Position numbers and translations under genes: made by a program. 64,000 nucleotides of DNA from a virus, in the IMG/VR virus record IMGVR_UViG_3300018036_000004, positions 1 to 64,000 of that record. One strand, 5' to 3'. Positions 47,301 through 56,591 of the stretch are shown here, piece after piece. Position 1 is the first letter of the stretch. Every line of letters begins with the position of its first letter. Under the pieces are notes generated by a model. It ran no database searches, had not been told where the DNA came from, and was given only the letters and a program-made list of their open reading frames with translations.

Positions 47301-49511
47301 CGCTAATGCAAAGATACCTAAGGTGGCTTGGTTAATAGCTAAAGCATAGTAACCAACATCTACAGTACCTGTAGCGATACAAGCCATAATAAGTTTACCA
47401 TCAACAATAAACTCTAAGTTCTTATTAGTTTCGTCTACTACATAAGTAGTGTATCCACTAGAGGCTGTATACACAATCTCATTACTCACAAGTTGTGCGT
47501 GTATACCGCAACCTGCACCTGTTGGATCACTTAAGTCCACAAAGCCACCAGTAACAGTAGACCCTTCAAACTCTACATCAAAATGGTCAGAACCATTAGA
47601 GATAAGATAGTAAGGACCTGTACCTGGTACAGTGTATTTAGCCAATGTTGCATCTTGACTGTCGAATGTAACAGTTACATCTTCTTCTACTGAACCTTGA
47701 TAGAAGTTAGTATTAAAAGGTGTTTCTACACGACAATCAGGAAGTCTTTCTGTACCACTTGGAAACTGTAATTCGATAGTAGCCAACCCACTGGACTTAG
47801 ATCCAAATTGTGGTGTTACTAAGGCATTACTGTTTTCGTCTGTGATAGTATAAGTACCAACACCACTTGCTCCAGCCGTATTACTAACAATAGAGTACTC
47901 TAGGTCTACTAATGTGTTGTAATAGAATGTAGCGTATACTGTGGCCCCTACAGGTACTGCTTGTGCTAAAGTGATAGTATTGGTTTCACTATCAACCTTA
48001 GTTACTTGTACACGACCACGATTAACAGCGTCTTCTACAGAGAATCCCCAATAAGCCCAAACCAGGTCTGGTCTATTGGTTGGAAGATCGTAACGACCAT
48101 TAGATACTTTGTTGTATGTATCAGAAGACAGAGGAGTATTTCTACCATTACCCGTTGTGGCTTGTAAAGGTAAAGTGAACTCTTTACGACCTTCTACTGC
48201 AGGAGAAGTTGCTGTATTTACAACGGCTGTACATTCTGCTAAGTATTGTCTAACATCTACCAAAGAAGAGGTAACTTGTGTTCCATCGAAGAAGTTGTAA
48301 CCCAAAGTGTGAACACCAGACTCAACAGTACTAGCAGTACCCCAAAGGATTAAGTCGTCCTTTAGAATAAAGTCCGCACCGGCTGTGTAATCCTGACGAT
48401 CTGGTGTAATACCACATTGTGTGATTTGAGTAACACCACGATGTGCCAGATAATCAAAAGTGTCCTGCCAAGAGTTAAAGTAATACTGACAAGATACAGT
48501 ATCTCCAACCTTTGGAGCGAAAGGTAAAGTAATAGCACCAGATTGTCCATCTACTGAAGTAGGGATTACTTGGATACCGTTTACTTTAACTGTTACATCC
48601 GCGGGATCTGTTGAGGTAATACCACCATTAGAACCATCTACGATAGGTCTTTGGAATGTGTAGAACACATTATTTCTTGGAGTAGTTTGTCCTAGAGTAA
48701 GTCCTAATGTAGTATTAGCAGACCCGTTAAGGATTTCAATACTATTATCAGCACTTAATACTACAACAGTGTCTCCAAAGTTATTAACTGTAGTAGAACC
48801 ACTTAAAGAAGTACTACCACTACCACCATTAATAAAAGCAGCGATTTGAGCGGCTGTCCAAGGAGCGCCCGCGGCACTTGGAAGAATTGTAATGTCCAAA
48901 GTAGTTTGGTTATCTACCAAGATTTTAAGAGTGTCGTTTACACCTTGTGTGATTACAAAAGGTTCACCTTTTGCTCCGTAAATAATAGGTGCTTGGGATG
49001 TAACTTGTTCAGACAAGTTATCCGTAATCAAAGTGTCTGTTCTATTAAAGAAGTAAGTAACTCTTACTTCGTCACCTAAACTAGGAGAAGTAGAAAGTTT
49101 TAAAATACCTTTAGAACCGTCAATAGCCAGAACTACTACGGGTTCATTATTAATAGTTACAGAAACACTACCGGTATCTTTTGCAGTAGTTCCTGAACCG
49201 TCTCCTGTTACAATAGGAAAATGTTTAACTTGAATACGATCCAAGTTACCATCAAAAGCACCTAAAGTTACATTACCAGTTTGGGAAATACTAACAACAG
49301 CACGACCTGTTTCATCTTCTTGAACAATGCGTTGGTCTACTGAAGAAGAAGAACCACGAACAAGTTCAAGTTGATTTTGTGTTAAGATTTCAGAGCCCGT
49401 TCCTACCAATAAAGGAATACGGACATTAGAGGCCACACCTTGTAAAGGGTCCTCAAAGTTTGTTTGGGTATACACACCGGGAGGGGCGTATATAGAACCT
49501 GGGAAAGTCAT
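44361..49511 (-). CDS. contractile tail sheath protein (very large)
   Basis: N-terminal APPGVY; C-terminal sheath domain (VRHGLTT, LDRFIG, V...YQPVFPLIYI.ITF). Confidence 0.88.
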   Translation of the reverse strand: MTFPGSIYAPPGVYTQTNFEDPLQGVASNVRIPLLVGTGSEILTQNQLELVRGSSSSVDQRIVQEDETGRAVVSISQTGNVTLGAFDGNLDRIQVKHFPIVTGDGSGTTAKDTGSVSVTINNEPVVVLAIDGSKGILKLSTSPSLGDEVRVTYFFNRTDTLITDNLSEQVTSQAPIIYGAKGEPFVITQGVNDTLKILVDNQTTLDITILPSAAGAPWTAAQIAAFINGGSGSTSLSGSTTVNNFGDTVVVLSADNSIEILNGSANTTLGLTLGQTTPRNNVFYTFQRPIVDGSNGGITSTDPADVTVKVNGIQVIPTSVDGQSGAITLPFAPKVGDTVSCQYYFNSWQDTFDYLAHRGVTQITQCGITPDRQDYTAGADFILKDDLILWGTASTVESGVHTLGYNFFDGTQVTSSLVDVRQYLAECTAVVNTATSPAVEGRKEFTLPLQATTGNGRNTPLSSDTYNKVSNGRYDLPTNRPDLVWAYWGFSVEDAVNRGRVQVTKVDSETNTITLAQAVPVGATVYATFYYNTLVDLEYSIVSNTAGASGVGTYTITDENSNALVTPQFGSKSSGLATIELQFPSGTERLPDCRVETPFNTNFYQGSVEEDVTVTFDSQDATLAKYTVPGTGPYYLISNGSDHFDVEFEGSTVTGGFVDLSDPTGAGCGIHAQLVSNEIVYTASSGYTTYVVDETNKNLEFIVDGKLIMACIATGTVDVGYYALAINQATLGIFALASAGGLNTLTIPASEMPCDTDNLYAGWQLVCTGGTGVSTTVRTVTASVNGVLTLDGGTFDATSVFHLYNPDAAPSITGVTQFLAPTVISASEFDQIELNYTGSVKGSVPISVTIPASTYGSVSDLVSAIQTAVNTAVGVAGLSCIITVEADTSGRLVFSLIPDHTDTDGGFLEFVTNGTPARDFAVLAGFDTDSAQGGQAKLVNGKIARVFSLTGASGQKRYDRLILRNRLVPGKSGSMDGQYVQDQAFIQVLGGSGNNNCGLTSNEIGVSGIRGTVMEPTISSHIGLEGGQDGSGQPLVTFYGPSSTNPQSNIFKFTFEGVPVTIEFTDGTGGAITTSADVPLGPIGTANTVLNQIQAAMVAQGLASGLVMQEGVGIRFRGASSSSDASITIGNGSANDTLGFNTGEQVFRTVVEVETLVSALLAHDQASIALHLIDWADGGASAYFTKVGIAKTIRDSVGGEFLYLQSLGTSGVGTSSSIAIVEAAVDSVTRPGTGLGVTGGEGNVGEPSIDGFYVTSSDPIDGSGSANTSVLNSGNGQDGNVGQTYRDLVTGLTFTVLPRPGGASYPTGESFTFKLRKVVTTDSNLPINTLPGVETIVSNTLGVNVGDSAVVTTYASGGNEPSVGDIYYVSYNYRKQDFSSQIYTKQATVEQAFGEKTPSNPVSLGAYLAFLNGAVIIAIKQVEKDEDINNDGTPDSASIDAYIKAIDEVEGSLPGGIYPNYIVPMRGDSLPMFQYLARHCDIQSSIRYRAERTAIVGVSAGTQPRQVGNIAEAVKRSRLRIMYPDIVTLSLTAADGSVKSYLVDGTYVAAAWAGNRASPTIDVATPWTRGRIVGFDEVARKLDAVAQNQVAVRGVTVIGQDRQVISVRHGLTTDMTNTLSRTPSVITIADEVQRQARATLDRFIGIKFLPGITSQIEGQLNATLKGLVGNQIIATFIPASAKVSETDATAIEVEAYYQPVFPLIYIVITFNVRSSL

Positions 49512-49614
49512 TTTAAACTCCTAGTTTAAAGTACAAGAAAAAGGATCTAACCACGATAGTGGAACTAATACTCTTAGTTAATAGAAAGAGTATTGTGTTT
49601 AATATACACAAAGA

Positions 49615-50070
49615 TTATTGTTTATCTTTTTTAAACTTTTCAGAGAGTTTTTTATTATAATCTTCAGCCAACGACCTATTTACATTAACCCTATCTATCT
49701 CTTGTTGTGTAAGTGTTCTGTACGAACCATCCCCTGTAGGTGTTAAGTGATCCATATGAACATCCCTACCACTTCTTCTTTCGTCTAAAGCTGTAGCAAT
49801 TTTAACATCCCTTCTTTTATGAATCACTTCCCACTTCTGTTCAGCATCCCTACCTATAACTTTATCGTAGTTATAATCAATACCAGACACTCCAGTGTTT
49901 TGAGGTATAGGACCTGTTGGTGTATGTTGAAAAGTAAAACTGGAACCGGAAACTTGTTTGTCTGCTAACTCATTACAACAAGTACAAGGGCAGGTTTCTC
50001 TTTGTGTAGTACTTCTTAGTTGTTCAAACTCTAAACCACAATGTGAACATAAGTATTTATATCTAGGCAT
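49615..50070 (-). CDS. FmdB-family zinc-ribbon protein
   Basis: MPRYKYLC..CG..FE.....CPC..C; GAGGA RBS before 50070. Confidence 0.75.
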   Translation of the reverse strand: MPRYKYLCSHCGLEFEQLRSTTQRETCPCTCCNELADKQVSGSSFTFQHTPTGPIPQNTGVSGIDYNYDKVIGRDAEQKWEVIHKRRDVKIATALDERRSGRDVHMDHLTPTGDGSYRTLTQQEIDRVNVNRSLAEDYNKKLSEKFKKDKQ

Positions 50071-50323
50071 TAGTATCCTCGTCCAGAAACCACTGATTAT
50101 TTTTGTATACAATCCAAGTACAATCACTCTCAAAAACATCTAAATGAATCTTGTTCATAAGTGTTCGAGTAATACCTATCGTGTGTATAGAACTATTGTC
50201 CATACTAAGTTGAAAGTGTAAGTTATCCGCAACCTTTTCGGCTTTATAGTAATCCCTTAAAGCACATACAATTATAGGTTTAGAATGTTCGTTTGATGTA
50301 TACCAAAGTAAATAAACTTTCAT
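50063..50323 (-). CDS. hypothetical protein
   Basis: GAGGA RBS. Confidence 0.55.
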   Translation of the reverse strand: MKVYLLWYTSNEHSKPIIVCALRDYYKAEKVADNLHFQLSMDNSSIHTIGITRTLMNKIHLDVFESDCTWIVYKNNQWFLDEDTNA

Positions 50324-50349
50324 GTTTCCTCTTGTTTAAATAAGTATAC

Positions 50350-51147
50350 TCACTCATCCAACAAGGTATAACTAAAAGTTTCTCTTCCTGTTTTCTCTAC
50401 TTGTAGATGTGCCAGTTTTAACATCTTCTCAAAGTCGGCTAATCTTTTAAAGACCTGACAACCTGCAGACCACCTATTAACATTCTCACTTTCTCCATTA
50501 GCAGAAGACCTATGTATGTTAATACCGAAATATCCACTAGCAATAGTTTTTTCACTACGGTCTAGAATACTATCTTTGTCACCATCCCTGTAAATCTTAA
50601 CCTTACCAGACCTTTGACATAACGCTTCATACTTACCTTGATGTAGACCGAGTTTCCAAGTGTCTAAGTATTGTCCTTCTACTAAGATAGCCGTACCCAC
50701 AACATAACTAGGATTCTCTAACCAGTATGTACCAGGATCTGTTGTACCTGGCCAAAAGTAAGAGTGCCATCCACCATCTGCGTAATAGTAACAACCTAAT
50801 GTGTCGTCAAACTTATTAGACTGTGTTTCTTTAGAACGGATTCCAAATAACCAAAGTCTATATGGTTCATCCCATATCTCGTACCCTAACTTACGAGCCT
50901 TATCTAATATAGGGGGTAAAGGTGCTGTGGGTTCGTACTTAGTAGGGACTTGTAATAAACCAGTCCAAGTATCTTCTCCTACAATGCCGTCTGATAATAA
51001 ACCCTTATCTTGTTGAAACTTACACACAATTTTGTGTGTAGTAGGTCCGAAGTCCCCATCTACAGATAAAGTATAACCATGTTGTTTTAATAGTTTTTGT
51101 AGTTTTCTTACATCGGCACCTTTGTCGCCTTTCTTTAAAATGTCCAT
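50350..51147 (-). CDS. endolysin / cell-wall enzyme with peptidoglycan-binding domain
   Basis: PG_binding_1 pattern LKKGDKG.DV..LQ..L...VDGDFGP.T...V..FQ...DGIVG..TW; catalytic domain TTDPG..GINIH..WSAGCQV (L,D-transpeptidase-like His/Cys). Confidence 0.85.
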   Translation of the reverse strand: MDILKKGDKGADVRKLQKLLKQHGYTLSVDGDFGPTTHKIVCKFQQDKGLLSDGIVGEDTWTGLLQVPTKYEPTAPLPPILDKARKLGYEIWDEPYRLWLFGIRSKETQSNKFDDTLGCYYYADGGWHSYFWPGTTDPGTYWLENPSYVVGTAILVEGQYLDTWKLGLHQGKYEALCQRSGKVKIYRDGDKDSILDRSEKTIASGYFGINIHRSSANGESENVNRWSAGCQVFKRLADFEKMLKLAHLQVEKTGRETFSYTLLDE

Positions 51148-51158
51148 TAAAAAAACTC

Positions 51159-52382
51159 CTATTTAATAATCTCGAAATCTTTCGTTCTATTAGAGTAGAA
51201 CGGGTCTCTTAACTCTACTAACTTTAAACTCTCTACTAAAGTTAAAGTTGTAGGGTTTCCTGTTTCTATTAACTCATCATCTGTTAAAGCATTGGTAGCT
51301 ACTTCAGATACAAGTTGGTGGGGTACAACACGAGATAAGTATCTCGGCATTGGTTTAAACATAAACCAATCTGTCATAACTGTTACAGACACGCTTGCGG
51401 TGTAAAAATAATCATCCCCATTATCATCATATGTTTCTTCACCTTCTCCACCTAAAGAAACATCTGTAATAACAATACCTTCCTTGCCTAATCGATCCCT
51501 TAATGTTGTGTACAAGTACATTACAGTGCGATCCGCTATCTCACCTTGTGAGTAAAGGTCTCTAGCCATTATGTCAAAGTCTAAACTAAGTTCCCAGTTA
51601 CCGCCGTACTGTAAAAAGACATCTTCCCTTTGTCTAGTTACAAGTACACACATTACATCTCCAGCAAAAGCTCTTCTTCCAAAGGCTAGTATAACACCTG
51701 GTATGGCCGTATTGTTAGTACCATTTTCTTCTAATACATAAGGACCTGTAGATTGTCCTGCGTATCTATAGTCAACACTTAAAGACAAGTTGTTAGGTAA
51801 GGCTTTTAATAAAGTAATAGTACCTGTCTCTGGGTCTGCTGTATAGTTAACACCCTCGTAGTAAGGAAAATTACCGGGTACTTCGAATACTCGTAAGGAA
51901 CCTGCATGAAAACCACCAGCACCTACTTCGAAAGTATAGTTGTTAATCCTTAAAGGTATTTCATTAACTATCTCTAATAAAGGGTCTACATAGAACACAA
52001 GTTTATCTCTAGGTTCCCCTTTAACTAAAACTTGCTCTTCGACTACCTCTATATAATAGATACCTGGTGGTGTTGGAAACTTACTATTGTTTTGTTGAAT
52101 GGCTACACTGTCTTCTTTAATCCATTCAATACTAGTACCTTGTTTACCATAGTAACCAGTAAGGGTACAGTAAGAAGACACTGTACCCATAAAATGGTCT
52201 GCGGCTAACGATGTAGCGGACGCTGAGTTACTTTTAAGAATAATAGCCTGTTGAGGTCTTTCTTCGAAAGAGAACTTACCTTGAATAACAAGATTATCTT
52301 TATACTGGGGTTCCGTAGACCAATAGTTACGTAACTCCATTATAAATCTTCTTTTAATACTCTCCGTTAAGTTTGCAAACAT
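51159..52382 (-). CDS. putative virion structural protein (neck/tail completion-like)
   Basis: Close to the sheath gene; beta-rich with NYTADPETGTITL Ig-like insert. Confidence 0.55.
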   Translation of the reverse strand: MFANLTESIKRRFIMELRNYWSTEPQYKDNLVIQGKFSFEERPQQAIILKSNSASATSLAADHFMGTVSSYCTLTGYYGKQGTSIEWIKEDSVAIQQNNSKFPTPPGIYYIEVVEEQVLVKGEPRDKLVFYVDPLLEIVNEIPLRINNYTFEVGAGGFHAGSLRVFEVPGNFPYYEGVNYTADPETGTITLLKALPNNLSLSVDYRYAGQSTGPYVLEENGTNNTAIPGVILAFGRRAFAGDVMCVLVTRQREDVFLQYGGNWELSLDFDIMARDLYSQGEIADRTVMYLYTTLRDRLGKEGIVITDVSLGGEGEETYDDNGDDYFYTASVSVTVMTDWFMFKPMPRYLSRVVPHQLVSEVATNALTDDELIETGNPTTLTLVESLKLVELRDPFYSNRTKDFEIIK

Positions 52383-52419
52383 ACAGGGTCATCTTTAAAG
52401 GGTGTTTAAGTAAGGTTTT

Positions 52420-52992
52420 TTACAGTCGATAGTTTGTTGGAACTTTTACCTTTAGGATTCCTTTGGTTTCATTATCTATATCCCAACCAAGACCTCCCCT
52501 TCGTTCAACATCAAATGCTCTCGACCAGTCTTCCATATCCTCTAGAAAAGTATTATAAAAGTTATCACGGTCACGACCAAGATTGTACAATGTCCCAGAA
52601 GATGTAGTGATAGTGTATTCGAACTGCACATAAGGCATTCTATTCATTTCTATAATTTCGAAATCACTTACAACCTGTAATTCACGACGGTTTCGGCCGC
52701 GGCTATAAGACCTAGCTAATGTTGTAACCTTGTCCCGAACCAAGTCTAACCACTGTTGGGGTGTTCCAGCATCACTTAACCTTTCAGTTTCCGCTTGTAA
52801 AAATGTCTTATACCCTTCTAAGTGTCCTAGTAAGTTATCCTTTTCTCTTCCAGTCTGACCACGCATATAGTGCTTCAAAGTTTCTAAGGCTGAAAGTGTT
52901 TCCCTTATATTTATTAATTGTTCCTGTTTAGAAGCCAGTTTCTTTAATTGTTGAACTTCTTTAAGAAGTTGTTTTGCTGTTAATTTTCTCAT
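52420..52992 (-). CDS. hypothetical protein with KKLAS leader
   Basis: MRKLTAKQLLKEVQQLKKLAS. Confidence 0.7.
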   Translation of the reverse strand: MRKLTAKQLLKEVQQLKKLASKQEQLINIRETLSALETLKHYMRGQTGREKDNLLGHLEGYKTFLQAETERLSDAGTPQQWLDLVRDKVTTLARSYSRGRNRRELQVVSDFEIIEMNRMPYVQFEYTITTSSGTLYNLGRDRDNFYNTFLEDMEDWSRAFDVERRGGLGWDIDNETKGILKVKVPTNYRL

Positions 52993-53047
52993 GTGTTAAC
53001 TCCTAGTTAACCTATTAAATTAATGTTTGCAAACATACATGGTCATC

Positions 53048-53710
53048 CTAATATGCGTCTTTATTGTCTAGGTAATTCATTAGAATTTTTGGTGCTTCTT
53101 TATCAAACACAGATTTAAAATGTGTAAAACACTTATCCATCGACTCATCTATATTTGGAGTAAGAATATTTTTCTCAACATCGTAAGGGTCTTGAAACAA
53201 CCCGTAAAAATCACATTCGCTCTTATTGGTCCCATCTCTTGCGATCACATAATTGAACAAAATGAAATCACGACCCACGACTAACTTCATCTCTACATGT
53301 CCCCAAGCACCTTTACCCCCTATATTAGATTTTATTTTCCAATCTAAACCTGTTTTCTTAGCCCAATTTTCCATATAAGACAGGATTTTACCATAGGTGT
53401 CTTCAATGGCTTGTTTAGCGTCTTGGTCACATTCAGAACCTTGTTTCCACCAATCTATACAAACCTTTTGTTTTTGTACTCGAATAGGCTGTGTTCTTGT
53501 ATAGGTGACATAGGCTATGTCACCTTGAACATTAATGTCTTCGATATAATGTTGTGAGACATGCTGAGCAGCCCAAGACTCTACTTGACCCAACAGGTCT
53601 TCTTCGTCTTCGTAAACGAAAACATAATCTTCTAACCAGTCTTTAGAGGCCAGTTTCTTTAATTGTTGAACTTCAAGAAGAAGTTGTTTTGCTGTCAGTT
53701 TTTTATTCAT
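53048..53710 (-). CDS. hypothetical protein with KKLAS leader
   Basis: MNKKLTAKQLLLEVQQLKKLAS. Confidence 0.7.
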   Translation of the reverse strand: MNKKLTAKQLLLEVQQLKKLASKDWLEDYVFVYEDEEDLLGQVESWAAQHVSQHYIEDINVQGDIAYVTYTRTQPIRVQKQKVCIDWWKQGSECDQDAKQAIEDTYGKILSYMENWAKKTGLDWKIKSNIGGKGAWGHVEMKLVVGRDFILFNYVIARDGTNKSECDFYGLFQDPYDVEKNILTPNIDESMDKCFTHFKSVFDKEAPKILMNYLDNKDAY

Positions 53711-53783
53711 AACACACCTTTTTGGAATTGTTATTTTAACATAAATGTTTTTTGTATAAGGATTCTATTGAATGTATCTCTAG

Positions 53784-55229
53784 TTAATCTATTAAATAAA
53801 TGTAAGCACTGGAGTCTGTCTCGATAATACCATCGTCAAACATAATCTCTAAAACCTGACTTACTTGTTTAGCGTCTACTTTAAACTTACGCATTACTTG
53901 TTTTGTTAAGTCTTCAATGAAAATAGCATCTTTACGACTTAGTAAGTCTTGAATGTACTTTTCCATCTTAGACTGTAAGTTTGCAAACTTCCACTTATTA
54001 CGATCCATCATGTCCTTAGGTGAAAAGGTATTACGTTTAGGAAGAAACTTGTCAAAGTCATATCGTCCGTCTCCTTCTCGGGCTTGTAACCAAGCCAAAA
54101 CACCTCTAGCAGAACCATGTGTACCAAACCTTTTAACAATGGAGAATCTATTATCTACCATGTACATTGTGTAACGATCAATGTACTTGTTATTTTCAGA
54201 ATCTGCGTTTCTTAAAGCAAGGAATGTGTATTCAGGAGAGATTCTTTTAGTGAAACTAGATTGATCTCTGGACCATCCCGCTACACCTACGGCAGAGTGT
54301 GTAGGTATACCTTTTCTAGGAACACTGTCACCTTGTTTGTAGATAGGATACCCATAACCATTAAAGTCCGCTTTAAAGTTTCTACGGGCTTGTCTAGACT
54401 GGTTCATTTTAACAGCCCCTTGTAAATCCGGTTGTTCGGATTCTACAACAAACCTGTTTAAAGTAGACACATCACTACCACCGGGTAACTCTAAAATCTC
54501 GTCTGGAGTTAAAGGACTAGCTTCGTACTCTTTCTTTTCCTGTGATAGTGGGCTTTGGTGGCCTCTATCTTCTTTTAAAGTATTTTTAAAAGTAGTAGGG
54601 TCATTAGAAACAGCGTTGGACTCTGCAAACTGTGAAACCTCTACTTTACGAGGATCTTTGTAAAAGATTTCGGCGGCGTCTATATCTTCCGAAACTCTTC
54701 TGTTTAATTTGGCTGTTCTAGGTTCTACAATCTGTTGTAACAAGTATAAGTTACTTTCGTGGTTGGAAGCCAATGTGATTAATAAATCCTCTAGACCTAT
54801 TGTCATTAAACCAAAACCTTTTAAGTCCTCAATACTTTGTTCGATTAACTGTAAAAAGAACCTTTCAATGTGTAAGCCTCTTTTAATAGGATCTTGTACC
54901 TGAGAGAAACCTTGTAGGTATGAAAACATCAAAGGTGCTTGGTAGGCTAGTTTAAGTTGGCTAGTTCCCATAACCCCACCAATCTTTTCCGCCAAACTAT
55001 CAATCTCTTCGTTTGTAGAGTTGTACAGTCTTTCGAAAAGTAAGTGGTCTTGGAAAAAGTGTGATCCGTATACAGTCCAATGGGAAGTCTGGTAAGAAAT
55101 AGACATTGCTCTTAAACAGGCTAAAACAGGTCCTAGGATCTGTCCACCTACGGCCACCATTTCTAAGTCGTTAGTCACATACCCATTTTTAGTAAAGTTT
55201 TCGTATTGTTGTTCCATAGTATCTTCCAT
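53784..55229 (-). CDS. Dps/ferritin-like domain multidomain protein (may start at 55316 through an in-frame UGA)
   Basis: HWTVYG..F..DH.LFERLY.....EID.LAEK is a Dps-type ferroxidase motif. Confidence 0.8.
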   Translation of the reverse strand: MEDTMEQQYENFTKNGYVTNDLEMVAVGGQILGPVLACLRAMSISYQTSHWTVYGSHFFQDHLLFERLYNSTNEEIDSLAEKIGGVMGTSQLKLAYQAPLMFSYLQGFSQVQDPIKRGLHIERFFLQLIEQSIEDLKGFGLMTIGLEDLLITLASNHESNLYLLQQIVEPRTAKLNRRVSEDIDAAEIFYKDPRKVEVSQFAESNAVSNDPTTFKNTLKEDRGHQSPLSQEKKEYEASPLTPDEILELPGGSDVSTLNRFVVESEQPDLQGAVKMNQSRQARRNFKADFNGYGYPIYKQGDSVPRKGIPTHSAVGVAGWSRDQSSFTKRISPEYTFLALRNADSENNKYIDRYTMYMVDNRFSIVKRFGTHGSARGVLAWLQAREGDGRYDFDKFLPKRNTFSPKDMMDRNKWKFANLQSKMEKYIQDLLSRKDAIFIEDLTKQVMRKFKVDAKQVSQVLEIMFDDGIIETDSSAYIYLID

Positions 55230-55404
55230 TTCGATTTCTTCGTTATACTCATAAGGACCACCCTGCCCCTCATAAGAACCTCAACCCCTTTTGAGTCTGC
55301 GTTGTTGTTTCCACATTGTTTTCACCGTATTAGTTTGTCTATCTAAGTTGTATAGTAATAACATTTTATGTAGACGATAGTGTTTCTATTGAGAGGAGTG
55401 TTAC

Positions 55405-55794
55405 ATGAATATACAGTTTAAATTAAGTTTAGAATCTGAATACGAACTGTATGATTATTACGGGTATCCAGTAATACCACAAAAGTTATTTTCGGATATT
55501 TACTATAAACATAATGTTAAAACTAACTCTGTGGCTTTTGTTTCAAGACAAGACAATAAGTATCTTATGTTAATGGTACCTATACCTAAATACTTAAACA
55601 GAGACGACCTTGAAAGAGTTACTTATCGTAATGACTTTTACTTTAGATGTGAGTTTATGTCTAATATAGAAGGTAATCACGATAAGTGTTTCTTTATGGT
55701 TAAGGCTTTAGATGTAGACACTATACCTTATGTAGATACAAGTATCTGGGGTATATTTAATAGACAAATACAAGAGTTAAAGAGTAAAGAATGA
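55405..55794 (+). CDS. hypothetical protein
   Basis: GAGGAG RBS. Confidence 0.6.
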   Translation: MNIQFKLSLESEYELYDYYGYPVIPQKLFSDIYYKHNVKTNSVAFVSRQDNKYLMLMVPIPKYLNRDDLERVTYRNDFYFRCEFMSNIEGNHDKCFFMVKALDVDTIPYVDTSIWGIFNRQIQELKSKE

Positions 55795-56591
55795 GAGTTA
55801 TAAACAGATGGAAAGAGTGTTACGAAGGTGTTCACACTCAAACACCACCCAATGAGTTTAAACAGTTGTTTTGTAATAGCTGTATGAACACATCTTGTGA
55901 GTTATCTAAAGGTGGGGGTTTATCTTGGTCTAAACGCATGGCCTATCAAGTAGAGCGAATGTTAAACGATCCAAAGTTTGCAGACGAAAGGGACCCAGAG
56001 TTCCAACAAATTAGAAACTTAGACTTTAAAGACTTATTACATAGAGAACTAACTTTAAAGGTAAGTTCGGACAGAGGGGACTGGTCTATACCAACAGACA
56101 TAGAAGTTTCTGTAGAGGCTAGTAAGTTACTTAATACTATTGATGAGTTAGAACACCCACAAGGTTTTACACCAGAACTTTTACCAGAGGCTGTATTACC
56201 TCAACAACCTGTTCAACAGGATACAGAATACAAGTACTTTGTAAAAGGTAGTGGAGATAACACTTACATTGTTACTAATACAAAAGATAACTGGACTTGT
56301 ACTTGTCCTAGTTTTACTTACTCTAAGTTAGACACACCTACTTGTAAACATATAGACCAACATAAGCCTGTTAAACAAGACACACAAGACACAACACAAG
56401 AAGCGCCAGTACCAAGACCACCTCCTATTAATAAAGTCCCACAAATGAACACACAACAACCTACAACAGGTATTATGTTAAGTGGAAATAAAGAACAGCC
56501 CGAAGATGTAGATCCATGGGCTGCTCCTAGTGAAGTTAGTTCAGACAAAGGTACATTAAAGTCTGGAATGAAGTTTAGTTTTAAGAAGTGA
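55791..56591 (+). CDS. SWIM zinc finger protein
   Basis: V.GS....Y.V....W.CTCP.F.....CKHI. Confidence 0.75.
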   Translation: MRVINRWKECYEGVHTQTPPNEFKQLFCNSCMNTSCELSKGGGLSWSKRMAYQVERMLNDPKFADERDPEFQQIRNLDFKDLLHRELTLKVSSDRGDWSIPTDIEVSVEASKLLNTIDELEHPQGFTPELLPEAVLPQQPVQQDTEYKYFVKGSGDNTYIVTNTKDNWTCTCPSFTYSKLDTPTCKHIDQHKPVKQDTQDTTQEAPVPRPPPINKVPQMNTQQPTTGIMLSGNKEQPEDVDPWAAPSEVSSDKGTLKSGMKFSFKK

